Assembly (NCBI GenBank): GCA_963803435.1 | Contig: CAWDML010000001.1 | Span: 3,104,001-3,168,000, forward strand | Direction: 5' to 3' | Length of the DNA: 64,000 bases | Source of the DNA: an uncultured delta proteobacterium | Lineage (GTDB): Bacteria > Myxococcota > Kuafuiibacteriia > Kuafuiibacteriales > Kuafuiibacteriaceae | Shown: positions 42,743-52,500 of the stretch, one piece after another | How positions within the stretch are numbered: position 1 is the stretch's first letter | Layout: every line of letters starts with the position of its first letter | The notes under the pieces: model-generated | Told to the model about the DNA's origin: nothing | The model's input: the letters and a program-made list of their open reading frames with translations, nothing else | Database searches by the model: none | Position numbers and translations under genes: made by a program

Positions 42743-44191
42743 GTGACGAACGCGTCGGAGCATCTCCGCCGGTCCGTGGTCAAGATCTTCACGGTCACGA
42801 AGAAGCCCAATTACTACCAGCCCTGGGATTTCGGGTACCAGAAGAGCTCGGGAGGCTCGGGCTGCGTCATCGAGGGTAGGCGAATCCTCACGAATGCCCA
42901 CGTGGTGAGCAACCAGGTCTACGTGCAGGTCCTGAAGACGGGCGACGTCAAGAAGTATAGCGCGCGGGTCGGCTTCGTCGATCACGGATCGGATCTGGCC
43001 CTGCTCGAGCTCGAGGACCCCGCGTTCTTCGAGGGCACAGTCCCCGTCGAGTTCGGCGAGCTCCCCGAGAGACGGGACAAGGTCGCCGTCTACGGCTTCC
43101 CGATCGGCGGGAACGAGCTGTCGATCACCGAGGGCGTGGTATCGCGGATCGAGGTCCGCGCCTACTCCCACAGCAAGCGCGAGCTCCTGGCGATCCAGGT
43201 CGACGCCGCCATCAACCCGGGCAACAGCGGCGGTCCGGTGATCCGGGACGGCCGGCTCATCGGCGTCGCGTTCCAGTCGTACAGCCGGAGCAAGCAGGTC
43301 GAGAACTCGGGCTACGTGGTACCGATCCCGCTGATCGAGCACTTCCTCCAGGACGTGCAAGCCGGGCGATCCAACGGCATCCCGGCGCTGGGCATCTACT
43401 TCCAGAAGCTCGAGAGCGACGCCCTCCGCACGTACCTCCGTATGGAGGCCAACGACAGCGGCGTGCTGGTGACCCGCGTGATCCACGGATCATCGGCCTT
43501 CGGAGTGCTCGAGGAGGAGGACGTCATCACGCGCATCGGCGGCGAGGCGGTGGCGAACGACGGGTCGATCTCGTTTCGGGGCGACGACCGCGTCCACTTC
43601 TCGCACGTGCTGGCGCGGCACCATGTCGGCGATCGGATGGAGATCGAGGTCCTGCGGCACGGGGAGCGCGAGACGCTCTCGCTGGAGCTGCAGGCACCGG
43701 TGGGGCTGGTGGCGCGTCCGAAGAACGACGTGCGACCCACGTACTTCGTCTTCGCCGGCCTGGTCTTCACCCCGCTGACGTACAACTACATGCGCGAATA
43801 CGGCGAGTGGAAGGACATCGACCACCGCTTGAAGTTCTTCTACACCGACGGTCTTCCCACGCCCGAGCGGAAGGAGATCGTGCTGATCGGCCAGGTGCTG
43901 GCCCACGACGTCAACATCGGCTATCACAAGCTTCACAACGCGGTGGTCGAGCGCGTCAACGGCAAGGTCATCACCGAGATCCGCGACGTCTTGAGAGCGC
44001 TCGAGACGCCGGTCGGCAAGTTTCACGTCTTTCACCTCGACCATCACACCGCGCGCAGCACCTCCGACTACGCGGCCGACGCTGGAACGCGGATCGTGAT
44101 CGAGGCCGACAAGGCCGAAGGCGCCACCCGCGAAGTGCTGGACCGATACGGAATTGCCCGCGACCGCTCGCAAGATCTGGACGGCCTCTGA
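42743..44191 (+). CDS. Trypsin-like serine protease with PDZ domains (Deg2/Deg9-like HtrA)
   Basis: ILTNAHVV, SDLALL, DAAINPGNSGGP, YFVFAGLVFTPL. No signal peptide. Confidence 0.92.
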   Translation: MTNASEHLRRSVVKIFTVTKKPNYYQPWDFGYQKSSGGSGCVIEGRRILTNAHVVSNQVYVQVLKTGDVKKYSARVGFVDHGSDLALLELEDPAFFEGTVPVEFGELPERRDKVAVYGFPIGGNELSITEGVVSRIEVRAYSHSKRELLAIQVDAAINPGNSGGPVIRDGRLIGVAFQSYSRSKQVENSGYVVPIPLIEHFLQDVQAGRSNGIPALGIYFQKLESDALRTYLRMEANDSGVLVTRVIHGSSAFGVLEEEDVITRIGGEAVANDGSISFRGDDRVHFSHVLARHHVGDRMEIEVLRHGERETLSLELQAPVGLVARPKNDVRPTYFVFAGLVFTPLTYNYMREYGEWKDIDHRLKFFYTDGLPTPERKEIVLIGQVLAHDVNIGYHKLHNAVVERVNGKVITEIRDVLRALETPVGKFHVFHLDHHTARSTSDYAADAGTRIVIEADKAEGATREVLDRYGIARDRSQDLDGL

Positions 44192-44649
44192 TGGACGACG
44201 CATCCAAGATTCTCAACAGCCACCTCGGGGGGTTCAACCGCCTGATGGGGCTCCGCTTCGTGCACGCCACCGACGAGGAGGTGATCGCCGAGGTGGAGGT
44301 CGGTCCCCAGCACACGCAGCCATACGGCCTGGTCCACGGCGGCGTCTACGCGGCGATGATCGAGACGCTCTCGTCCACCGGCGCCGCGCTGGTCTCGATG
44401 TCGCGGGGGCAGATGCCGGTGGGGCTCGAGAACTCGACCTCCTTCGTCCACGCCGTCCGCAGCGGCACACTCCGGGGCCGCGCCACGCCGCTGACGCGCG
44501 GGCGCAAGACCCAGGTCTGGCAGGTCGAGATCCGCGACGACGCCGGCCGGCTGGCGGCGACCGGTCGGGTGCGGCTCCTGTGCCTGGAGCCCGGCTCCGA
44601 GGTTGCGGGTCAGGCGGTCGCGCTCGAGAACGACGAGCCTGTCACCTGA
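44191..44649 (+). CDS. PaaI family thioesterase
   Basis: HTQPYGLVHGGVYAAMIET, VGLENSTSF, GRKTQVW; TGATG coupling to the protease gene. Confidence 0.92.
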   Translation: MDDASKILNSHLGGFNRLMGLRFVHATDEEVIAEVEVGPQHTQPYGLVHGGVYAAMIETLSSTGAALVSMSRGQMPVGLENSTSFVHAVRSGTLRGRATPLTRGRKTQVWQVEIRDDAGRLAATGRVRLLCLEPGSEVAGQAVALENDEPVT

Positions 44650-45991
44650 CGTAGATCGGGTTCGAGTAGATCCACACCAGCTCCTGGTTCACGAACATCG
44701 GCCGATAGCTGCCGAGGAGCTCTGCGACGTGCGACGGCTTCATCCGGACCTCGGTGCGATACGCGCCCGGCTCGGTCGGCATGAAGGTGAGGTCGCCGGT
44801 GTCGGCGGTGGCCACGGGCTCCCAGCCGGAGGCGGTGGCGCGGAGCATTCGAATCTGCAACCTCGGTTGACGCGCCTCCTCGAGGCCGCGCACGGTGGGG
44901 CGCCGCACGATCAGCCGCGGCCCCGCGCCCAGCTGGATCTCGTCGCCCATCTCGTACGTCGCTCCGCCGGCCTCGCCCACGAAGTCGAAGCCGTCGGCGT
45001 AGCCAAGCACCTCGATCACACCGTAGAGCCGGCCCGCCGCCAGCGCCGCCTTGAGCGTCCGATCGTCGAAGTCGGCGCGGTCCACCAGCAGGTGATTCGA
45101 GAACCACATCATCATCCGGCGATAGCTGTCGACGCGCTCGCCGTCCGGCATCATCGCCGGGAAGGTGTTGCGGTGGCAGTCGGTACCCATCGTGGTGGTG
45201 CGCCGGACACCGTGGGCCAGGGTCTCGGCCCAGGTGTCGAGATAGCGCGGGTCCTCCGAGAAGATGGGGAGGAACGCGAGATCCGACTGCGGCAGATCGG
45301 TGTCGCCGCGATCGAGCCGCACCAGGAGCTCGAGGATAGTGCCGGCCGCCAGGAGCGCGTTGGCGTGGAGGTTGTACATCTCGAAGCCGGTGATCGGCAG
45401 AGTGGAGAGCTGGTCAGCGTTCCAGTTCTCGGTGTGGGCGATCAGCACGAGCGCGCCCGTGTCGGCGAGCATCGAGATGGCCCGGGTCGAGGTCTCGCCG
45501 TACGCGACCTGGCGATCGACCGCGTGGTGCTCGATCCCGACGGGCATCAGATCCGACTCGAGTCCGGGGATCAGCAGCGGGCGCCGGCCGTCCGGACAAC
45601 CGAGGTGGTTCGCGACCGGCGCACCGTCCCGCTCCACCAGTTGGTCCCGCGCCGGATCGTAAAGGAGCAGATCCGGATACTCGTACTCGCGGAACGAGGC
45701 GGGGTGATCGGTGAGCATGACGAAGTCGTGCTTGGACTGGCAGAGGCCGCGGCGGAAGTCCTCGAGGCAGACCGGATCGCGTACGCCGTCCTTCACCGGC
45801 TCGTTGTCGCAGGCGTCGTGGGAGTAGATCGAGTGGGCGTGGATCAGGCCGCGTACGTCATAGAGCCCGCGCGCGTTCGGACCGGGGATCGACGCCAGCG
45901 CGATCCCCGGCTGCCAGGGCTCCGCTGGCGCGACCGGCTTCTGGGAGCACCCCAGGAGCAGGATCAGCGGGAGCGCGGTCGTCTTCGCCAT
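44642..45991 (-). CDS. PHP-domain metallohydrolase lipoprotein
   Basis: LILLLGC lipobox; HAHSIYSHD, LTDH, IAH, GTDCH, ALAAGRLY, WIYSNPIYV. Confidence 0.82.
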   Translation of the reverse strand: MAKTTALPLILLLGCSQKPVAPAEPWQPGIALASIPGPNARGLYDVRGLIHAHSIYSHDACDNEPVKDGVRDPVCLEDFRRGLCQSKHDFVMLTDHPASFREYEYPDLLLYDPARDQLVERDGAPVANHLGCPDGRRPLLIPGLESDLMPVGIEHHAVDRQVAYGETSTRAISMLADTGALVLIAHTENWNADQLSTLPITGFEMYNLHANALLAAGTILELLVRLDRGDTDLPQSDLAFLPIFSEDPRYLDTWAETLAHGVRRTTTMGTDCHRNTFPAMMPDGERVDSYRRMMMWFSNHLLVDRADFDDRTLKAALAAGRLYGVIEVLGYADGFDFVGEAGGATYEMGDEIQLGAGPRLIVRRPTVRGLEEARQPRLQIRMLRATASGWEPVATADTGDLTFMPTEPGAYRTEVRMKPSHVAELLGSYRPMFVNQELVWIYSNPIYVR

Positions 45992-47943
45992 ATCAAGACT
46001 CCCAGCAGACCGAGCACCAACCCCGCCGCACCGAAGTCGGGTCGACCGGTGCAGGTGCAACCGGAGCTCAAGCTGCCGCTTCCCGCCTCGATGACGATCG
46101 CGTACGGACGCTGGCGGGTGCGTCCGCGCGCATCTTCGACGATCAGCGAGAAGCCGTGCACCAGCGGGCGGAAGGCGCGGCCCACGATCAGCGCGGTGTC
46201 GGTCGGGTAGTCGGTGCCATCGCCCTGGGCCAGGAAGAAGCCGTCGGGCAGGCTCTCACCGGGGCCGAGCGACCATTGGTACGGAGGCGTGCCGCCGTCC
46301 GCCTCCAGCGGAAGCTCGAGGAGGCTGCGCACCAGCCCGGTGGGCAGCGACTCCGTCACGATGTGGAAGTCGCTGGTGTCCCGGATGTCGACCTGGAACA
46401 GCGCAGTGTCGCTGGCGCCGTCGGTGGTGGAGTCGGTGACCCGCACGCGGAGCGGCCAAACGCCGAACTGCTCGGCGGTGCCGGCGATGTGACCGTCCTC
46501 GGTGACGCTGAGGCCCGGCGGCGGCGTGGAGGCGGCCTGCCAGCGATACGGCGGGACGCCGCCGATCGCCTGGATCGTGTAGTCGAAGGGCTGTCCGGCC
46601 TCACCCACGGGCTGCTCGGTGGTCAGGATCAGCACCGTCGCCAGCGGGACGATCTCCACCTCGTACAGGAGCGAGTCGATGGCCCCCAGTCGATCGGAGA
46701 CGGTGACGCCGAAGCTGAAGTGACCGAGCTGACTGGGGATGCCGGAGATGACGCCGCTGGTCGAGAGATCGAGGCCGGGCGGGATGATCCCCCCGCCCTC
46801 GGTCAGGCGCCAGTGATAGGGCGGCTCGCCGCCGCCGGCCACCAGGACCTGCTGGTACGGGTAGCGATGGAAGCCGCCGTCGACGGAGTCGGTGACGATG
46901 CGGAGCGGCTGGAACGTGGAGACGATCTCGACCGAGAACGCGCGGGACGCAGTCAGGCCCCGGCTCTCGACCTCAATCTCGAAGTCGAACGCGCCGGTCC
47001 GCGTGGGCGTGCCCGAGAGCGTGCCGCCGGTGTCGAGCGTGAGGCCCTCGGGGAGCGCGCCCGCCGTCAGCCGGTACGCGTAGTGGCCGTCGCCGCCCGA
47101 GGCCGCTAGCTGCACGTGGTAGTCGATCGTCAGCGTTCCGCCCGGGAGGCTCTCGGTGTCGAGCGCGATGGTGTCCTCGAACAGGTTCACGCGGCCGGCC
47201 TCGAAGAGGTTGTTGGTCTCGTCGGCCTCTGTGATCAGCCCGGCGGGATCGGCGATCACGCCGACCGTATAGTCACCCACGTGCGCGTCGGGCGGGACCA
47301 CGCCCGGGATCGAGCCGCCCAGGCTGCCGCCGGCCGGCACGGTGACGTCGGCGGTGCCGAGCAGGAGATCGGACGGCGTCACCACTGGATTTCGGGAGAG
47401 ATACGCGCCGACGGTGACGCTGGCGTCGAGCTGACCTCGGTTTTGGATCGTGAAGCCGACGTCGAGGTTCGCACCGGCGGTCAGCGAGGTCGCGCTGGCG
47501 TTGCCCGCGGTGATCACCAGATCCGGCGCCTCGGCGACCACGTGGGTGGTGGCGGAGGCGATCGCGAGGTTGTCGTACTCGTTGGACTCGACGATCACAT
47601 CGTCGAAGTCCGCGACGATCGCGACCGTGAATCGACCGCTGACGTTCGCCGGGATCGGACGCGTCACGGTGTAGACGTGCGGCTGCTGATCGCCGAGCGT
47701 GATCGGTCCGACCATCGCGAGCGGGATGGCCGTGTCGAGGGCACCGCCCAGCGTCAGGTACGGGCGCCAACGGAAGGCCGGCATCGGCTGCACGCCGTCA
47801 GACTGAAAGGACACCACGAGGCCGATCGACTGACCGGCGATCACGGTCGGATCGGCCACCACGCTCAGCGCCCGGACGTTGACCTGGGCCCACGCAGAGG
47901 CCGGGAACAGCGTCAGGAGCCCCGCGACGAGACTCGCTCGCAT
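45964..47943 (-). CDS. Surface protein: 2 CARDB + 4 He_PIG Ig domains + MYXO-CTERM
   Basis: Signal peptide ASAWA|Q; ESNEYDN and EADETNN CARDB motifs; LP.G...Y..GG.PPY.W repeats; GCTC-TM-RRRPR tail. Confidence 0.88.
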   Translation of the reverse strand: MRASLVAGLLTLFPASAWAQVNVRALSVVADPTVIAGQSIGLVVSFQSDGVQPMPAFRWRPYLTLGGALDTAIPLAMVGPITLGDQQPHVYTVTRPIPANVSGRFTVAIVADFDDVIVESNEYDNLAIASATTHVVAEAPDLVITAGNASATSLTAGANLDVGFTIQNRGQLDASVTVGAYLSRNPVVTPSDLLLGTADVTVPAGGSLGGSIPGVVPPDAHVGDYTVGVIADPAGLITEADETNNLFEAGRVNLFEDTIALDTESLPGGTLTIDYHVQLAASGGDGHYAYRLTAGALPEGLTLDTGGTLSGTPTRTGAFDFEIEVESRGLTASRAFSVEIVSTFQPLRIVTDSVDGGFHRYPYQQVLVAGGGEPPYHWRLTEGGGIIPPGLDLSTSGVISGIPSQLGHFSFGVTVSDRLGAIDSLLYEVEIVPLATVLILTTEQPVGEAGQPFDYTIQAIGGVPPYRWQAASTPPPGLSVTEDGHIAGTAEQFGVWPLRVRVTDSTTDGASDTALFQVDIRDTSDFHIVTESLPTGLVRSLLELPLEADGGTPPYQWSLGPGESLPDGFFLAQGDGTDYPTDTALIVGRAFRPLVHGFSLIVEDARGRTRQRPYAIVIEAGSGSLSSGCTCTGRPDFGAAGLVLGLLGVLIWRRRPRSR

Positions 47944-48054
47944 CGAGGGAGCCTACAGCGAGGATCGCGGGAGAGCCTCGGTGATCGGTCGGAGTTAGAT
48001 TCCTGGCGCTTCGATGTGGTGCAGATCACGATCGCTCATCGGATAAACCCGAGC

Positions 48055-49590
48055 CTAGAAGGCCCCACAGATCGCGCCGCCGATCACCGTCTGATCGGGA
48101 TAGACGATCCCGCTCGGCCACTCGAGCTGCCCCGCGATCCAGAGGTCGTCGTCGTTGATCATCGCGTGGGTCAGCTCCGCGGCCAGAAGACCAAAGACGT
48201 AGACCCGCACGGTGGCGTTCGAGACGCTGGTCGGCCAGGTCGAGACCTCGGAGTTGCTCGCGTAGTAGTGGACCGCGATCGTGTAGCGGCCGTCTGGGAT
48301 GAAGCGCTCGGGGCCGTCGCCGTCGATGTTGATGTTCTCGGGCCCGAAGCCGCTCCGGTCGTCGACGTCGAGCCGCGGGTTCGCACCGGGCGTGGCCGGG
48401 AACCAGTTCGGGGTACGGCCGCAGTCCCGGTAATGCACGTCGTTGTTGCAGTCGCAGAACGTACCGTTGGCCTGGATCAGGTGGAGGTCGAGGTCGGAGT
48501 CCGGATGGTCCCACGTGAGCTCGATCCGGACCGCGTTCGTGGGCAGCGCCTCCACCGCGCAGATCGCGGGCTCGCTCTCGAGACCGAGGCTGTCGACCAC
48601 CACCAGCTGCACCTCGTAGGTGCCGGTGAGGTCGGCCCAGAAGCTCGGCTGGGGCGTGCGGGCGCGCTCGAGCACCGACGTCGAGCCGCCGGGCCTCGAC
48701 ACCAGGCTCCAGAGGTACGTGAGCGGCTCGTTGGGCGGCTCATCCTGATCGTGGCTGGTCGAGCCGTCGAGCGTGACGCGGCTCCACGGATCGATGGTCT
48801 GATCGCCGCCGCACTCGGCGACCGGCGGAAGGTTGCCCAGCGCCACCAGGGGCACGCGGAGCCAGCCGCGGTGCTCGGGGATGTTGAGCGTCTCCACCAC
48901 GTTGGTCTCGAGCACGAGGCTGCCGGTGACCGTACCGCTGACAGTCATCGGGAGCTCGGCGGCCAGGCTGGCGCCGACCTGCGCGCCAGGCTCGAGCACC
49001 GCGGGCCGATCGGGCGCAGGCGTGGAGGTGGTGACGCGGAAGGGCGCGTCCGACGGATCGATCCGAATGCGATCGATCTCGAGGTTGTTGGTGCCGCAGG
49101 AGCGGACCACGAATGAGCGCACGGCGACGCCGCCCGAGGGGACGAAGCCGAAGTCGATCGGCGACGGGATCACCTCGACGCACGGCTTCCGCGTGTCGAT
49201 GCCGCGACCGATCATCGTGACCACGTGGATCGGGGCCTGCGGCTCGTCGCTCTCGATGGTCAGCGTCGCGGTGGCGACCTCGAGCCGCACCGGACGGAAG
49301 CGCACCGAGAGCTGATGCTCGAAGAACGGGCCCACCTCGTCGGGCGGATCGATGGCGAGGAAGCAGCCCTCGCAATCGGCGGGCTCCTCGATCGTGATCG
49401 ACTTGATCTTGGCGGGGACGTTCTCGAGGTTCTTGAGGAAGACGATCTCCGCTTTGGGTTGACCGAGCTCGACGGTCCCGAAGTCGATGTGCTCAGGCCG
49501 GACGTCGAGCACCGGATCGATCTTCCCGATCTGCGGATCCTCGCAGCCGGCGATGAGGAGAAGTGCGGCTGCGAGCGCGACCGGTCGCAT
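48055..49590 (-). CDS. Lipoprotein with ASH/choice-of-anchor-D Ig domains, PKD-like domain and YfaP-like C-terminal domain
   Basis: LLLIAGC lipobox; IDFG repeats; VTLDGSTSHD...YLWSL...GTYEVQLVV; IELTWD..DLDLHL...LDVDD..GFGPENINI. Confidence 0.82.
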   Translation of the reverse strand: MRPVALAAALLLIAGCEDPQIGKIDPVLDVRPEHIDFGTVELGQPKAEIVFLKNLENVPAKIKSITIEEPADCEGCFLAIDPPDEVGPFFEHQLSVRFRPVRLEVATATLTIESDEPQAPIHVVTMIGRGIDTRKPCVEVIPSPIDFGFVPSGGVAVRSFVVRSCGTNNLEIDRIRIDPSDAPFRVTTSTPAPDRPAVLEPGAQVGASLAAELPMTVSGTVTGSLVLETNVVETLNIPEHRGWLRVPLVALGNLPPVAECGGDQTIDPWSRVTLDGSTSHDQDEPPNEPLTYLWSLVSRPGGSTSVLERARTPQPSFWADLTGTYEVQLVVVDSLGLESEPAICAVEALPTNAVRIELTWDHPDSDLDLHLIQANGTFCDCNNDVHYRDCGRTPNWFPATPGANPRLDVDDRSGFGPENINIDGDGPERFIPDGRYTIAVHYYASNSEVSTWPTSVSNATVRVYVFGLLAAELTHAMINDDDLWIAGQLEWPSGIVYPDQTVIGGAICGAF

Positions 49591-49599
49591 GTCCCCACT

Positions 49600-52500
49600 C
49601 TACCGCTGACGGCGAGGCTTTCGGCCAATAAAAACGGCGAGCAAGAGCAACCACCACCCTGCCCCGCTGGCGCCGGATCCCGCCCGCTGAGCGCGGCAGG
49701 AGCAGCCCGCGTCGGCCGGCGTCATGGGCGTGGTGTCGACCTTGGCGCCGATCAGAGATCGAGACGGCCTGCGCGGCGTACCGTCCGTCGCCGTCGGTGA
49801 CCGTCACCATGAATGTGACGAAGGCCTCCTCCTCCGGAATGCCGGAGAGCTCGAGCGTCTCACGCTCGCCCATGGTGACGGCGTAGGCCATCCCGCGCGG
49901 GAGGCTCTGACCGAGCACGCGCCACGTGAAGGGCGGAACACCTGCGCGCGCCTCCATGACCGCGGAGTAGGCCTCGCCGACAATCCCGGTCGGGAGCGTC
50001 GAGGGCGTGATCCCGAGGCCCTCGTCCTGCAGGACGGCCAGGCGGAAGTTCGCGGTGTCCGATCCGGAGGTGACGCCGGTGCCCTCGATCGCGCGCACGG
50101 AGAAGAGCCAGACACCCACCTTCTGCGGCACGCCCACCAGCCGGCCGTTCGGCGCCAGCGCGAGTCCGTCGGGCAGCGGCCCGCCGGTGTCGAACGTGAC
50201 CGTCGAGGTGGCGGACTTTCCGAGGACGCGGAGCTGCACCGCGTACTCGTCGCCGAGCTGCGCGTCCGGAAGCACCGCGGAGACCAGCGTGAGCCGTCCC
50301 GGCTCGGCGACGGTGAGGATGAGCGTGCGCTGGACCGTCTGACCTCCGTCGGTCGCCTCGAGGTCGAGATCGTAGTCGCCGGCCTGGAGCGACACGCCGT
50401 GGAGATAGCCGTCCGCGTCCAGCTCGAGGCCGGGCGGAGGAATCGACTTCAACGTGAAGTGGACCTCGCTGGCGCCACCCACCGCGACGATGTGCTGCTG
50501 CTGCGCCGGGTCGGTGCCGGGGTCCGCGGGAGGATAGGCATCGCCGACGATGCCGGGGAGGAGCTCGCGCGTGACGATCGAGAGCCCGCCCTCGACGGTG
50601 TCGACCGCGATCTCGAGATCGGCCTGGGCGTCGACCCCGCCGCTGGTCACGGCCACCGTGAAGAGTGCGCTGCCGCGGGAGCGCGGCGACCCGCGGATCT
50701 CGCCCGACGGCAGCAGGTTGAGACCCTGGGGGAGCGATCCGCCGGCCATCGACCACTGGTAGGTGCCATCGCCGCCGCTCGCGCGGAGGAACACCGAGTA
50801 CGGCACGTCGACGTAGCCGCCGGGGAGCGCGGACGTGGTCACCGCGAGCGACGTGCTGGCCACCGTCAACGGAGCAGCAGAGACGCCGGTGTTGTTGACC
50901 TCGTCGAGCTCGTGGACCGCGTCGTTCGGATCCATCAGGACGCCCAGGTAGTACGCGCCGGGCTCGAGATCGGACGGAAGGTCGACCTGCACGGAGACCG
51001 ACGAGGTCGTGAGCAGGGGGAGCGCGATGGTACCGGTGTGGACCTCGACGTCGTCGACGCTGATGACACGGTTCTGGGAGAGCACGAGGCTCCAGTCGGC
51101 GGCACCGTCGAGGTTGCCGGCGTTGGCCAGCGCCACCGTCACCGAGATCGATGTCCCCGGTGAGGCAGAGGGTACGGACGGCGAGACGTTCGCAACGGTG
51201 AAGTCGGGCTGTCGCGCCGCCACACGGAAGTCGCCGGCCGGGATGAACACGTTGTCGAGCTCGCTCGGCTCCATCACCTGATCGTTCGCGTCGGCCACGA
51301 GCGCCAGGCGGTAGCGGCCGCTCGCCTGATCGAGCGGGAGGGAGACCAGCGGCGTCTCGTCGAGCGTCTGGTACGGGCCGAGCGTGACGGGCGTGGAGGT
51401 GAAGATCGGATTGTTCGGCGCCGACTCGCCGAGCGTGAGGAGATGGACCTGGTAGACGAACGGGCCCAGCGGGTTCATGTGCAGCGACTGGATGCGGATC
51501 GGGACTGCGAACGGGATCCCGGGATAGGCGACGCTCGGGAGCACCAGGTCGCTCGCGACGATGTCGGGACCACCGTCCTCGAGGGCGCGAAAGACCAGAT
51601 CCTGCGCCCCGCTGAAGTCGGTGCCGCTGCAGAACGGGCTGCATCCGAGGATCGGACCGCCCTGGAGTCCCGACGGATCCTCGAAACCAGTGGTGGCGGC
51701 CCACACGAATGGATCGCTCAGGTTGGAGATCGGACCGTAGCGAACCTCGAACTGTCCGGACGGGCCCTCGTAGAAGAGGACCTGCATCTTGATGATCCCG
51801 CCCGTGGGCTCGAAGTAGGCCTCGGCGTCCTCCCACTGGACGATGAAGACGCGGTTGGGCGCGGTGCCCTCAACGATGGTGCTGGCGTTGTTCGTGATCA
51901 GGTCCGTCCACCAGAGCGCGATCATGTTGTTGGGCGGGTTCTGGCTGAGGATGGGCTCGTTGAAGCGCGAGTCGCCGTCGGTGTCGAAGGTGACGTAGCC
52001 GTTCGTGCCCACGGTGACCTGCGTGTAGTCGGCGTCGAAGTAGTGAAAGGGAAACGGCAGCGTGACGGTGGCCTGGTCGTCGTCGTCCGAGGGGAAGGCG
52101 ATCGGCGTGCCGCCGGTGCGCTCCTGATAGGTCTCGGTGAGCGTCTGCGTCTGGTACATGCCCGTTTGGGCGGACGCGATCCCGGGGACCAGCACGAGCA
52201 CAGCCGCGATCAGTGAGCGGCGGCGGCGCAGCGGGAGGAGCGCCCCCAGCAGGAGCAACAGGCCCCACGCGGCCGATGATCCGCCGGTCCGCGCCGCGGA
52301 GCAGCCGCAGCCACCGCCCTCTTCGAGCGGCGGCGGCGTGGTGAGGGGGTCTTCCACGCGGATGCCGAAGGCCCTCGCCTCGATCTGTCCCAGCTCGTCC
52401 TGGGCCAGCACGGTGAACGGGAAGATACCGCTGGAGCTGGGCGTGCCCGAGATGGCGCCGTCGTCCGCGAGCGAGAGCCCGGGTGGGACCTGGCCGCTGA

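Noticed and set aside
49493-49755. C-terminus of the 3874-aa ORF as given in the ORF track
   Set aside because: Out-of-frame tail overlapping the next gene; the shifted frame gives a proper MYXO-CTERM ending at 49600.
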